DNA from: an uncultured bacterium
GTDB lineage: Bacteria > Abyssobacteria > SURF-5
NCBI GenBank assembly: GCA_964607485.1
Contig: CAZSKP010000015.1
Coordinates: 46,198-110,197, forward strand
Direction of reading: 5' to 3'
DNA: 64,000 nt
In this document: one piece after another, positions 36,359 to 46,833 of the stretch
Numbering within the stretch: position 1 is the first letter of the stretch
Layout: every line of letters begins with the position of its first letter
Program-made: the position numbers and the translations under genes
Notes under the pieces: generated by a model
What the model saw: only the letters and a program-made list of their open reading frames with translations
Told to the model about the DNA's origin: nothing
Database searches by the model: none

Positions 36359-38689
36359 CTACTTCTTGGCCGCCAGGATTTCGGTTTTCTTCAGGTGGTG
36401 GCGTTCGACGACAAGCGATATCGTGTTGCCCGATTGGTCGGCGGGGAAGAAGTAGAACCGGGGGCTGGTCTCGGTGTAGTTCTCCGACGTGTATCCCTCC
36501 AGCACCTCTCCGTCGTGAAACGTGAGCCTCATGTGGGTGCCGTGAATCTGTGTCTCGGGCGACACGATCTTCCTGCCTATCTGCCCGTCGAAGTCTCTGA
36601 CGAAATAGACGGCCTTCAGGTCGGCGAATGCGACATATGTCTCGTCGGTCGAACCGGGCAGCGCATCTCTCGGGAGCAGGCTGAAACCGTCGCTCTCGAT
36701 GTCCCAACTGGCCGGGGTCCCTTTCAGGATGCGCCCGTCGAGGTATCTGACCACGATTTGTTTGTACGGATGCGGGTTCTCGAACCGAAACGCGTATGAC
36801 CCTATCTCGACCATATCCCTGTGGCTCAGCGGCGTCGGCTGGTTTATCTTTTGAAGATTCACTATGACGGAGTTCCTGCCGACGGGTTCGATGAATATTC
36901 GCACCTTTCCTCTATCGTTCCGGGCATACACCTCGCAGTGGGCGGCCGCGACTGATTTGTGAGGCAGAGTGACGCCCGCGTCCTTGGAGCTTCCGAACGT
37001 CAGAGAATCACGTCCCAGAGTCTTTCCCACATTGTGCAGGTTAATGGTCACCAGCCTCGACTTCTCGCGCGGCTTGCCCTTGAGATGCAGGAGGACAAGC
37101 TTTCCTTCCAGCGCGCTATCCGGTCGGAGTCTCAGCCACCAGTAACCCGCCGCGGCCGCAATCAGCGCCACCATAAAGATTATGAGACCGGGAACCACAA
37201 GTTTCCCAAGCCATGAGAACAGGCCCGAGATCGCCCGGCTGCCCGCCGACGGAGGCGCCACCTTGATGCGGACCTCGATCAGGCTCTTGGAAAAGCCCAC
37301 TGCGCCTCTTGCGCCCGAGAGGTGAATGGCGCCTTCGAGTGTCATGGAATGGGCGGCCTGAAAGCTTTCGTCCGTCGCGACGGTGACCACGAGTTCCCGT
37401 ATATTGTCCTGCTTCTCGACCTTTGCGGCAAGCGTCATGCCTTCGGGCAGCACGATGTCGGAGTCGGCCCTGAAGTCTTCACCGGCGGCAGCCTCGTTGG
37501 GCACAAGCAGAACGCTCTGCGTTTCCTGGAATACCCTGCGAGGGTCGATCGGCCCGAACTCGAGCCGCCCTTCCTGCATAACCTCAACATGCGGCTGGCG
37601 GATTGTCATCGTAATGGGAATCTCGGGAGGGTCGATAAAAAGCACCTGCCCGGGCAGCGGCTTGAGCTCGAGTGCGCCGACGATGGTTCCCTCGTGCAGG
37701 CTGTCCACCTTTATAATGAAGTCTCTGTTCCAGGCTTTGTTCGAGCAGTTGAGCGCGGGCGGCGAGACTTCGATAATCGTCTTCCATGACGGGTTTTCCC
37801 TGAATCGCGAGTTTGCGCCGGTTACGATGATGTTCTGCGAAAGGTTCCCACGGCCAGGGAAGAAAGCCAGCGATACGGTGGCGACCGCCTTGGGGCCGAG
37901 GAGCGTTCCGAGGTCTATGGAAACGGGCTCGACGAATACCTGTGAGAAGGCGAGCGGCGGCTTTCTTTTCGGAGCCCCGGGGAGGCCTCCGCCGACGTCG
38001 AACGATGAGCCTTTCACGGTCTTCATGAAGGATAAGACCTCGGGGTCGGGGTCATCGCCGAGCGAGAGATAGAAGAATGACGACGTGGGGCGTTCGAGCA
38101 GGCCGGGATACTTTTTCAGTATTTCATCGAACGTCATGGGATTGGCGACGCCCTCAGGGGGATTGTTCTTCCCGTCGGACATAAGCACCAAGGATCTCAG
38201 GTGGTCGGGGTATTTCTCCGCCAGCAGGCGCAACTCCTCCATCCCTTTGTCGAGCGCGCCTGTTATGTAAGTGTAGTACTGGTTGGGTTCAAGGCCTGCA
38301 AGCTCGCGCTCGATGAGCTTCATGTCCTCATCCGACGAAATCTTCTGCCGAATTCGCAGCTCCACTTTCTCGCCGAAACTGATCAGCACCACGTTGTCGC
38401 CCGGCTGCCCCTCGTGTACATATTCGAGTATGGCGTGCTTTACGTCGTGGAAGATGCTTTGCATGCTGGAAGAGGTATCGACGAGAAAGACGATGTCGTG
38501 GTTCTTTTCGGTGCGGTCGGACGCCATTGCGGGCCGGCCGGCGAAAACGGCGGGGAGGAAGAAGAAGACAATTGCAAGAGCGAAGAGCAAACGATACTGC
38601 CCGCCGAGCGTACCGACTACGGCATGATCGCCCCTCGCGGAGTGGCCACGGAAGTTTGTTAGGATGCGCCTTCGCGCCAAGATGGTCAT
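36359..38689 (-). CDS. Membrane-anchored VWA + beta-rich repeats + TM + degenerate FHA + C-terminal duplicated beta domain (DUF6982-like); start approximate
   Basis: Signal-like hydrophobic stretch, IVFLVDTSSSM MIDAS, LMSDG, TM VVPGLIIFMVALIAAAAGYWW, FHA-like fold, VVRYLDGRILKG...LKAVYFVRDF..LTFHDGEVLEG; the track ORF is over-extended across the opposite-strand ligase gene. Confidence 0.8.
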   Translation of the reverse strand: MTILARRRILTNFRGHSARGDHAVVGTLGGQYRLLFALAIVFFFLPAVFAGRPAMASDRTEKNHDIVFLVDTSSSMQSIFHDVKHAILEYVHEGQPGDNVVLISFGEKVELRIRQKISSDEDMKLIERELAGLEPNQYYTYITGALDKGMEELRLLAEKYPDHLRSLVLMSDGKNNPPEGVANPMTFDEILKKYPGLLERPTSSFFYLSLGDDPDPEVLSFMKTVKGSSFDVGGGLPGAPKRKPPLAFSQVFVEPVSIDLGTLLGPKAVATVSLAFFPGRGNLSQNIIVTGANSRFRENPSWKTIIEVSPPALNCSNKAWNRDFIIKVDSLHEGTIVGALELKPLPGQVLFIDPPEIPITMTIRQPHVEVMQEGRLEFGPIDPRRVFQETQSVLLVPNEAAAGEDFRADSDIVLPEGMTLAAKVEKQDNIRELVVTVATDESFQAAHSMTLEGAIHLSGARGAVGFSKSLIEVRIKVAPPSAGSRAISGLFSWLGKLVVPGLIIFMVALIAAAAGYWWLRLRPDSALEGKLVLLHLKGKPREKSRLVTINLHNVGKTLGRDSLTFGSSKDAGVTLPHKSVAAAHCEVYARNDRGKVRIFIEPVGRNSVIVNLQKINQPTPLSHRDMVEIGSYAFRFENPHPYKQIVVRYLDGRILKGTPASWDIESDGFSLLPRDALPGSTDETYVAFADLKAVYFVRDFDGQIGRKIVSPETQIHGTHMRLTFHDGEVLEGYTSENYTETSPRFYFFPADQSGNTISLVVERHHLKKTEILAAKK

Positions 38690-38878
38690 TCCCAAACCTT
38701 GTGAGGCCCAGTATAGCACCTTCGCGAGTTCTTTTTCAAGGAAGCCGACCGGCGGGGATCTGATTACTCTGTTCCTCGACAGTGCTTCACATCGCGGGGG
38801 GATATATGATAGAATCTGCTCCGAAGCGCCTTGGCGCTGAGTCGTCCTCAAGCTGGATGCGCTATTCGGAGGTGTGTA

Positions 38879-40531
38879 ATGGAGAAACCATGGCTCAAGC
38901 ATTACGACTACTTTGTGCCCACAACGCTTCGGTACCCGAAGGTGCCGGTTCACTTCATGCTCGACATGGCGGCATCGAGGTTTAAAGATGCCCCTGCAAC
39001 CGATTTCTACGGAGCCGAGCTGAGCTATCGAGAGCTCAGGGCACAGGTCAACAAGCTTGCCTCTGCGCTTGTCGGGATTGGAATCAAGAAGGGCGACCGT
39101 GTCGGCCTGATGCTGCCCAACTGTCCTCAAATCATCATCGCATACTACGCCGTACTGCGCATCGGGGCCATCGTGGTCAACGTGAATCCGCTTTACACCG
39201 AGCGTGAACTGGAGCACCAGGCAAATGACAGCGGAATGGAGACGATGTTCTGTCTCGATATGCACGTAGATAAGGTGAGGAAGATCAAGAAGGAGACCTC
39301 GATCAAGCGGACAGTGGTCACCCGCATAACCGATTTCATGATCCCGGAAGTGAGAGACGCCGCGGGCGCCTATGAGCTCATGGAGGCGGAACACGGATTT
39401 CTGAACTTGTTGAACAGCGCCGGCGACAGTCTTCCGCCCGTGGTGGAGATAGACGTTAGGGAGCCCGCCGTTCTTCAATACACCGGCGGCACGACGGGCC
39501 TGAGCAAGGGCGCCACGCTTTCGCACATGAATATCCTTGCCAATACGCTTCAGACGGCGATGTGGGCCAGGGACCTCATGCCGCGCGACCAGCAGATTTA
39601 TCTCATTGTCATTCCAATCTTTCATTCATACGGGATGACGTGCGGCATGAACAGCGGCATCTTCAACGGAGTGAAGATGGTGCTCATCCCTCGTTTCGAT
39701 ATCGACCAAATGCTGAACGCGTTTGCCACTCATGATGTGACATACTTTCCCGGCGTGCCCACGCTGTTCACCGCCATACTGAACCATCCGAACGCGGCGG
39801 AGGCGGGGCTCGACCGCGTGGCGGTCTTTAACTCGGGCTCGGCTCCTCTTCCCATCGAGACGATAAACGGCATCACGGCTCTGGGCATCTCGATGACCGA
39901 AGGCTATGGCCTCAGCGAGGCCTCGCCCGTTACGCATTCCACGCCCTTTCTCGGCATCAGAAAACCCGGGAGCATAGGCATTCCTTTCCCCGACACCGAC
40001 GCCAAGATCGTCGATCCCGAAGACTGGCAGAAAGAGCGTCCCGTCGGAAGTGACGGCGAGCTTATCATCAAAGGCCCGCAGGTTATGCTCGGCTACTGGA
40101 ACAAGCCGGAGGAAACCGAGCAGACGCTGAAGGACGGGTGGCTGCTGACGGGCGACATCGCCCGCATGGACGAGGACGGCTATTTCTACATAGTGGACAG
40201 GAAGAAGGACTTGATAATCGCCGGTGGTTATAATATCTATCCCCGCGAAGTGGACGAGGTGCTGTTCTCTCATCCGAAAGTGCTCGAGGCCGTCACGGTG
40301 GGCGTCCCTCACGAATATCGGGGTGAGACCGTCAAGGCATTCATCGTTCTCCAGCCGGGCGAAAAAGCGACCGCGGATGAGATTACCGCTTTCTGCAAGG
40401 AGAATCTCGCCGCCTACAAGGTGCCCAAGATAATAGAATTCAGGGACGAGCTGCCGAAAACGGCGGTGGGCAAAATCCTCCGCAAGGAACTCAGGGCCGA
40501 AGAACTGGCGAAGGCGAAAAAGGGGAAATAG
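38879..40531 (+). CDS. Long-chain fatty acid-CoA ligase
   Basis: MEKPWL, LQYTGGTTGLSKG, EGYGLSEASP, TGD, DRKKD, LPKTAVGK. Confidence 0.95.
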   Translation: MEKPWLKHYDYFVPTTLRYPKVPVHFMLDMAASRFKDAPATDFYGAELSYRELRAQVNKLASALVGIGIKKGDRVGLMLPNCPQIIIAYYAVLRIGAIVVNVNPLYTERELEHQANDSGMETMFCLDMHVDKVRKIKKETSIKRTVVTRITDFMIPEVRDAAGAYELMEAEHGFLNLLNSAGDSLPPVVEIDVREPAVLQYTGGTTGLSKGATLSHMNILANTLQTAMWARDLMPRDQQIYLIVIPIFHSYGMTCGMNSGIFNGVKMVLIPRFDIDQMLNAFATHDVTYFPGVPTLFTAILNHPNAAEAGLDRVAVFNSGSAPLPIETINGITALGISMTEGYGLSEASPVTHSTPFLGIRKPGSIGIPFPDTDAKIVDPEDWQKERPVGSDGELIIKGPQVMLGYWNKPEETEQTLKDGWLLTGDIARMDEDGYFYIVDRKKDLIIAGGYNIYPREVDEVLFSHPKVLEAVTVGVPHEYRGETVKAFIVLQPGEKATADEITAFCKENLAAYKVPKIIEFRDELPKTAVGKILRKELRAEELAKAKKGK

Positions 40532-40577
40532 AACCTGACGCTTCTTCAAGTAAATCGGCGTTCTTTCTCGGCATTTT

Positions 40578-40605
40578 GCAGGGGCGGTTCTCGAACCGCC
40601 CCTAC
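40578..40605. repeat. GTAG-family REP-like palindrome
   Basis: GCAGGGGCGGTTCTCGAACCGCCCCTAC. Confidence 0.72.
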
Positions 40606-40681
40606 ATCGTCGAAGAAACCCGCTGTAACATCTTTGCCGCTGCAGGCATTCGAGTAACAGGTGGTAAGCAAGGAAAGTAAG

Positions 40682-42052
40682 ATGACGAAGGACAGACCCA
40701 ATCGAGTGTCGGCCCTCTTGGCCGACCTCTATGAGCTGACGATGTCGGCGAGCTACTATAATGAGAAAATGTTTGCGCCGGCCACGTTCAGCCTGTTCAT
40801 CCGAAACTTTCCGGAGAACTGGGGCTACTTCGTCGCCGCCGGGCTCGACGAGGTCCTCGATTATATCGAGCATTTTCATTTCATCGACACGGATATCGAC
40901 TACCTGAAAACGACCGGCCTGTTCTCAAACGAATTCCTGGATTTCCTTGCCGACGTGAGGTTCACGGGCGATGTCTGGGCGATGAAGGAGGGCGAAGTCT
41001 TTTTTGCCGACGAGCCGATCCTGGAGGTGACCGCCCCGATAATCGAAGCGCAGCTCGTGGAGACCTACATAATTAACGCCATCCATCTCCAATCATTGAT
41101 CTGCACGAAGGCGTCTCGATGTGTGACGGCCTCGAAGGGGAGGACGTTGGTGGACTTTTCGCTTCGACGCACCCATGGCATCGACGCGGGCATCAAGGTT
41201 GCGCGGTCGAGCCACATCGCCGGATTCGGCGCCACCAGCAACGTGCTGGCCGGGCGGCTGTACGGTGTCCCGATAAGCGGAACGATGGCGCACTCATACA
41301 TCACGGCTTTCGAGGAGGAGATAGAATCGTTCCGGGCCTTTGCGCGCGCTCATCCCGACAATACGATTCTTCTCATCGACACGTACGACACGCTCTCCGG
41401 CGCGCGGAAGGCATGCGAGGTGGGACGCGAGATGAAGGAACGCGGCCAGAAACTCCGGGGCGTGAGGCTCGACAGCGGCGACATGGCCGACCTGAGCAAG
41501 AAGGTGCGCAAAATGCTCGACGAAGCCGGGCTGAATGACACGATGATATTCGCCAGCAGCGGATTCGACGAGTACAAAATCACCGATGTCCTTGCACGGA
41601 GGGCTCGGATAGACGGCTTCGGCGTCGGAACCAACATGGGTGTCTCCGAGGATGTGCCCAGCACCGACATGGCATATAAGATGGTGGAGTATGATGCGCG
41701 GCCGGTCCTGAAACTGAGCTTCGGCAAGGTTACTCTGCCGGCGGGAAAACAAGTCTATCGCGCCCTGGATCGCAACGGCCGATTCGCGCGGGACACGATC
41801 GCCCTGCGGGGTGAAACGGCGGTCCCGCAATCCTCTCCACTCTTGGCAAAGGTCCTGGAGAAGGGACGTCGCGTTTTCGGCGAGACTCTCGACGACGCCA
41901 GAAAACGGTGCGCCGCTTCGCTGAAGGGGCTGCCCGAGAAAGTCGCCCGCGTCACAGACCCCGAAAGATACACCGTCCGGGAAAGCAAAGAGCTGAAGAA
42001 GCTGACCAACGTCGTCCGGGGCCAGGTGCGGAAACAAATAAGAAACCGATAG
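40682..42052 (+). CDS. pncB: Nicotinate phosphoribosyltransferase
   Basis: LLADLYELTM, DFSLRR, GTMAHS, LIDTYD, GVRLDSGD, FGVGT. Confidence 0.95.
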   Translation: MTKDRPNRVSALLADLYELTMSASYYNEKMFAPATFSLFIRNFPENWGYFVAAGLDEVLDYIEHFHFIDTDIDYLKTTGLFSNEFLDFLADVRFTGDVWAMKEGEVFFADEPILEVTAPIIEAQLVETYIINAIHLQSLICTKASRCVTASKGRTLVDFSLRRTHGIDAGIKVARSSHIAGFGATSNVLAGRLYGVPISGTMAHSYITAFEEEIESFRAFARAHPDNTILLIDTYDTLSGARKACEVGREMKERGQKLRGVRLDSGDMADLSKKVRKMLDEAGLNDTMIFASSGFDEYKITDVLARRARIDGFGVGTNMGVSEDVPSTDMAYKMVEYDARPVLKLSFGKVTLPAGKQVYRALDRNGRFARDTIALRGETAVPQSSPLLAKVLEKGRRVFGETLDDARKRCAASLKGLPEKVARVTDPERYTVRESKELKKLTNVVRGQVRKQIRNR

Positions 42053-42154
42053 CATTTTGGAAAATGAGGATTGAGAATCTATCCACTAATTAGCCCGCGA
42101 TGATGCATTTGTTCCGCTCGCCGAAATCGTGCGCCGTGACCGAGTGGGGGAAGA

Positions 42155-42958
42155 ATGAACGCAGCCACGAAAGGCAGGATAATGGTCGGCTGTTCGGGCT
42201 GGAGCTACCAGCACTGGAGGGGACTTTTCTACCCGCACGACTTGCCGCAGAAGAAGTGGTTCTCGTTCTATGCGGAAACCTTTGATACCGTCGAGATAAA
42301 TAATACGTTTTACAACCTGCCTGCCGAGAAAACATTCCAAGGATGGGCCGAAAAAGCCGGTCCGGAATTCATTTACAGCGTCAAGGCCAACCGTTACATC
42401 ACACACGTCAAGAGACTCAAAGGCGTCGAGGAAGCCCTGCCGCGATTCCTCGAGCGGGCCCGCCTGCTGGAGCGACATCTCGGCCCCATCTTGTATCAGC
42501 TTCCTCCCAACTGGCGATGCGACATTCCGCGGCTCGATGCTTTCCTGAGACAGCTCCCCGATGACCTGACACACGTGTTTGAGTTTCGGGACGAACGCTG
42601 GCTGAACGAGGACGTGTTCACATTGCTGAAAGATGGCGGCGTGAGCCTCTGTGTGCACGACATGGGCGGCTTGCAGGTGCCTCGGCTGGCGATGGGACGG
42701 GTTGCATACGTCCGCTTCCACGGGCACGCCGGCAAGTACGCGGGCAAATACCCCGAGCAATCGCTCCGGCCATGGGCTGAATGGCTGAAGAGCGAGGCTG
42801 GCAGGAAACGCGATATCTATGCATACTTTAACAACGATGAGTCCGCCCATGCGGTTCATGATGCGCTGACACTCCGCAGGAAGCTGCTGGATTCTGCAAG
42901 ATTCAATCGACCGGGCAAACCCAATGCCTCGGCATTGTGCGCAAACAGCAGCCCATAA
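42155..42958 (+). CDS. DUF72 family protein
   Basis: GCSGWSY..W.G.FYP, VEINNTFY, ITH, LYQLPP, EFR, YVRFHG, YFNND. Confidence 0.93.
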   Translation: MNAATKGRIMVGCSGWSYQHWRGLFYPHDLPQKKWFSFYAETFDTVEINNTFYNLPAEKTFQGWAEKAGPEFIYSVKANRYITHVKRLKGVEEALPRFLERARLLERHLGPILYQLPPNWRCDIPRLDAFLRQLPDDLTHVFEFRDERWLNEDVFTLLKDGGVSLCVHDMGGLQVPRLAMGRVAYVRFHGHAGKYAGKYPEQSLRPWAEWLKSEAGRKRDIYAYFNNDESAHAVHDALTLRRKLLDSARFNRPGKPNASALCANSSP

Positions 42959-42972
42959 GAAGGAGAACGGCC

Positions 42973-44103
42973 ATGTTCGGAAAACGAATCACCCTGTTCA
43001 GACTTTTCGGGTTCGCGGTCAGGATAGACATGAGCTGGATTATCATAGCTGCGCTTGTCACCTGGTCCCTCGCAGCCGGGTTCCCGCACTACTACAAAGG
43101 CCTTTCCACGCAGACCTATTGGCTGATGGGAGCAGTCGGCGCTCTGGGCCTCTTCGTCTCGATTGTTTTCCACGAGATGTGCCACTCGCTCGTGGCGCGA
43201 AGATACGGGCTGCCGATGAAGGGAATTACGCTCTTCATATTCGGAGGCGTGGCTGAAATGGATGACGAGCCTCCCAGCGCCAAGGCGGAGTTGATGATGG
43301 CGATTGCGGGGCCGGCGTCGAGCGTATTGCTCGCAGTAGGATTCGGCATAATCTACGTCTTTGGTAGACTGGCGGCGTGGCCATCTCCGGTTAGCGGCGT
43401 TCTCGGTTATCTGGGGCTGATCAATATAGTGCTGGCCGCCTTTAACCTCGTTCCCGCGTTTCCGCTCGATGGGGGCCGAGTGCTGAGGGCGCTGCTGTGG
43501 AGCTGGAAAGACAACGTCAAGTGGGCTACTCGCGTGGCGTCGCAGATAGGGTCGGGATTCGGGCTGGTGCTCATAATACTGGGAGTGTGGAACATATTGT
43601 TGGGAAATCTGGTCGGCGGCATATGGTGGTTCCTGATAGGGATGTTCGTGCGGGGCGCGGCCAACATGTCGTACCAGCAGCTTCTCACCCGTCAGGCTCT
43701 CGAGGGAGAACCCGTACACCGCTTCATGGAACAAAATCCCGTGACCGTTTCGTCTTCGATTTCCCTCGAAGATTTGATCGAGAACTATATCTACAAATTT
43801 CATTTCAAGATGTTCCCTGTCGTTGATAACGACAGGCTTGTCGGCTGCATCAGCACGCGCGAGGTGAAGGAAGTCCCCCGGGGCGAATGGCCGCAGCGCA
43901 CGGTGGGCGACCTGCTCACACGATGTTCCGTCGATAACACAATTCGGCCCGATGCCGATTCCATGGAGGCGCTCTCGAAGATGCGTAAGACAGGGACGAG
44001 CCGGCTCGTCGTGGTCGATGGAGACCGGCTGGTCGGAATCATCTCGTTGAAGGACATGCTGAAATTCCTATCGCTGAAGGTTGAGCTCGAAGAGGGCGCG
44101 TGA
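42973..44103 (+). CDS. Site-2 protease (M50) with CBS pair
   Basis: HEMCH (HExxH), FGGVA, AGP, FNLVPAFPLDGGR, two C-terminal CBS motifs. Confidence 0.95.
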   Translation: MFGKRITLFRLFGFAVRIDMSWIIIAALVTWSLAAGFPHYYKGLSTQTYWLMGAVGALGLFVSIVFHEMCHSLVARRYGLPMKGITLFIFGGVAEMDDEPPSAKAELMMAIAGPASSVLLAVGFGIIYVFGRLAAWPSPVSGVLGYLGLINIVLAAFNLVPAFPLDGGRVLRALLWSWKDNVKWATRVASQIGSGFGLVLIILGVWNILLGNLVGGIWWFLIGMFVRGAANMSYQQLLTRQALEGEPVHRFMEQNPVTVSSSISLEDLIENYIYKFHFKMFPVVDNDRLVGCISTREVKEVPRGEWPQRTVGDLLTRCSVDNTIRPDADSMEALSKMRKTGTSRLVVVDGDRLVGIISLKDMLKFLSLKVELEEGA

Positions 44104-44188
44104 CATACCCTCGAGCCGCATCCGAACGCGGGCTCAGGTTGTCACAGAGATTCGCGCAATGCAGGTTCAGATTCTCACAAGGATTCCT

Positions 44189-44216
44189 GTAGGGGCGCAC
44201 GGCCCTGCGCCCCTGC
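44189..44216. repeat. GTAG-family REP-like palindrome
   Basis: GTAGGGGCGCACGGCCCTGCGCCCCTGC, nearly identical to 27624-27651. Confidence 0.75.
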
Positions 44217-44298
44217 ATTTACATCTACGAGTATCCAAAATGAAGAAATGTGATTTAATCATCGAAAATCCGTAGCTGCTACTCGGAGCAGCGATAGT

Positions 44299-44398
44299 CG
44301 TCATTCTGAGCGCAGCGAAGAATCTCGAAGAATGCGGTAGGTTTGGGCCAAAAATCAGATCCTTCACTTGGGCCTGCGGCCCTTCGTTCAGGATGACA
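44299..44398. repeat. CGTC-type REP doublet (REPIN-like)
   Basis: CGTCATTCTGAGCGCAGCGAAGAATCTC ... AGATCCTTCAC..CTTCGTTCAGGATGACA inverted arms. Confidence 0.7.
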
Positions 44399-44440
44399 AG
44401 AACGTGATGCATTTCATCCCCGCCATAGTAACTTGGAAGT

Positions 44441-45685
44441 TTGGAGAAACTCCATTTGAATAAACCGCTCAGGATTACGCCGGCGAAAATGGTTGCGCTC
44501 GGCGTGGGATTCTTTGGAACGAATTTTGTCTGGGCGTTCCACTCCTCTTCGATGCCGCTTTTTCTCAAAAGGTTCACGGACTCGAAGTTCGAAATATCGC
44601 TCGTTCTCAGCCTGGCCGGCGTGATGGGTTGCATCGTTCCCCCCGTTATCGGTTACTTCAGTGACCGCACCTTTACGCGGTTCGGCCGGCGAAAGCCTTA
44701 CATTTTCTTAGGGATGCTGGGCGTGTTGTTCTGTGTGCTGAGCCTGCCGCGCATCGTAGCGTTCGGGATTGTGGCGGCCGTATCGGCGCTGATGTACCTC
44801 TCGCTTGCTTCCGCCGATTCGATGTACATGGCACTGCTTCCGGATATAACGCCGACCGAGCAGCGCAGCACCGCGAGCGGTGTCATGAACCTTTTCGGAA
44901 GCCTCGGTCTGATCTGCTACTTCGTTCTGGGCTCGTGGATATGGGATACCCACCAGATGGCGACGTTCAGCATGGTGGCTCTTCTTCCCTTCGGCCTGGT
45001 GCTTGCTGCAATACTCTTTCTCAGGGAGCCGAAACTTCCCGAGGAGAGGCCCGCGGCGGAGAGAAATCCGTTTGCGTATCTGAAAGGACTCGTGCAGGAG
45101 AGCAACGCGCTGAAGTTTTTCGTCGGACAGTCCTTCTGGTGGCTCGGTCTCTGGGTGATCTCCTCCTTTATCACCCTGTTCATGGTCGAAGACATCGGAG
45201 TATCCGAGGGAAATTCGATGCTTGTCCCGATGGCCTTCGCCGTTGTCGCGACGATCTTCGTTCTGCCGCTCGGCATGCTGGGAGACCGGGTCGGGCGCAA
45301 GGGGATATTAATGTTCATGGTCGCGCTCTGGGCGGTTATCGACATTCTCATGTATTTCTCCCGGGGTTTCACTTCCGCGCTGGTCGCGGTGGGAGCGGCG
45401 GGCATCCCCTATGCAGCAGTGATGGGCGTCGGATATGCCTACATGCTCGACCTCGTGCCCGAGGGACGCACGGCGGAATTCGTCGGATACAACTTCCTGA
45501 GTCAGATCGCGCCCCAGATTCTCGGCCCGCTCGTCGGGGGGAAACTGATCGATGCGATGGGGTATCGGTCCATCTTTCCCGCGGGGGCGGTATTCGCAAT
45601 CATCGGCCTCGTCATCCTGAACTTTGTCCACCCCCGTCAAGAGACAAAAGCCGTTGCGGAAGTCGAGAAGCAACTTCCTCTATGA
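44441..45685 (+). CDS. MFS transporter (sucrose/maltose-like subfamily); start may be 44489
   Basis: About 12 TM; GYFSDRT.TRFGRRKPY and GMLGDRVGRK MFS loop motifs. Confidence 0.9.
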   Translation: MEKLHLNKPLRITPAKMVALGVGFFGTNFVWAFHSSSMPLFLKRFTDSKFEISLVLSLAGVMGCIVPPVIGYFSDRTFTRFGRRKPYIFLGMLGVLFCVLSLPRIVAFGIVAAVSALMYLSLASADSMYMALLPDITPTEQRSTASGVMNLFGSLGLICYFVLGSWIWDTHQMATFSMVALLPFGLVLAAILFLREPKLPEERPAAERNPFAYLKGLVQESNALKFFVGQSFWWLGLWVISSFITLFMVEDIGVSEGNSMLVPMAFAVVATIFVLPLGMLGDRVGRKGILMFMVALWAVIDILMYFSRGFTSALVAVGAAGIPYAAVMGVGYAYMLDLVPEGRTAEFVGYNFLSQIAPQILGPLVGGKLIDAMGYRSIFPAGAVFAIIGLVILNFVHPRQETKAVAEVEKQLPL

Positions 45686-45729
45686 AGGCGTCGGGGGCTC
45701 TTGGGCGCGGGCGGGTTCGAGCCGGTCGC

Positions 45730-46809
45730 TCAAGGGGCGGACATCCACGCCTCGCCGCCGGGCCGGCGGAAGAGGTGGATGTTTTCTTCGGGGACAGAGA
45801 ACGAGATGGCGCCGGACTCCTGTTTCAGGTCCGGACTCGACACGACCCTGGCTTCTCCTTCGGGTGTTCTCACGAGAATGACCGACCGATTTCCGAGCGG
45901 CTCGACCGCCAGTATCTCGCCCGAGAATTCGATGCCCCTCCCGTCGAATCCGACATCCTCCGGACGGAACCCGAACGCCGCCGCTTCCGGTGGCGCGGTG
46001 GCGGCCTTCCTGAACCGCTCCGGAATCGGAACGGACCGCCCGCTTTGAAAAACAAGGGTTCCCTCCTGCGGGCGGACGGTGAAGAAGTTCATTCGCGGAC
46101 TTCCCACAAAACCCGCCACGAACTCGTTGGCAGGACTGCGATAAATCTCCGCGGGAGGGCCCGCCTGCTGTATTCGGCCTTCGTGCAGCACGGCGACGAC
46201 GTCCGACATTGCCATCGCTTCGACCTGGTCGTGTGTGACATAGATGACCGTTGCGCCGATGCGCGAGAATAGCATCTTCAACTCCGTGCGCGTCCGCTCG
46301 CGCAGCAGCGCGTCGAGATTCGAGAGCGGTTCATCCATCAGGAACGCCTCGGGGTGTCGCACCAGCGCGCGCGCCAGCGCCACGCGTTGACGCTCGCCGC
46401 CGGACAGCGGGCCGGGCCGCTTCTCCAGGTGCTCGGTGATTTCGAGCAGGTCCGCCGTCTCTTTCACGAGGCGCTCGATCTCATCCTCGTTCATGTTTCT
46501 CAGCCTGAGAGGAGTGGCGATGTTCTTATAGACGGTCATGTGCGGATACAACGCGTAGCTTTGGAAGACCATCGAGACGTTGCGCCTGGCCGGAGGCAGT
46601 CGGGTGATGTCGCGTCCCCCGATGGCGACCGCTCCTTCGTCGGGAACTTCCAATCCCGCGATGATTCTGAGCAGCGTGGTCTTGCCGCATCCGCTGGGAC
46701 CGAGAAGGGTGAAGAACGTCCCGTCGGGAACCTCGAATGAGACGTTCCTGAGCACCTGCTTTCGACGGCCGAAGGATTTTGAGATATTTCTTATTTCAAT
46801 CAACGCCAT
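45730..46809 (-). CDS. Carbohydrate ABC transporter ATP-binding subunit
   Basis: GPSGCGKT, VFQSYALYPH, LSGGERQRVA, LMDEPLSNLDA, YVTHDQ. Confidence 0.95.
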   Translation of the reverse strand: MALIEIRNISKSFGRRKQVLRNVSFEVPDGTFFTLLGPSGCGKTTLLRIIAGLEVPDEGAVAIGGRDITRLPPARRNVSMVFQSYALYPHMTVYKNIATPLRLRNMNEDEIERLVKETADLLEITEHLEKRPGPLSGGERQRVALARALVRHPEAFLMDEPLSNLDALLRERTRTELKMLFSRIGATVIYVTHDQVEAMAMSDVVAVLHEGRIQQAGPPAEIYRSPANEFVAGFVGSPRMNFFTVRPQEGTLVFQSGRSVPIPERFRKAATAPPEAAAFGFRPEDVGFDGRGIEFSGEILAVEPLGNRSVILVRTPEGEARVVSSPDLKQESGAISFSVPEENIHLFRRPGGEAWMSAP

Positions 46810-46833
46810 CGGAATCTATTCCCGCCGCCCGCA

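Noticed and set aside
38690-39625. N-terminal extension of the 1088-aa ORF
   Set aside because: It is antisense to the acyl-CoA ligase gene; the real protein starts near 38689 with a signal-like segment.
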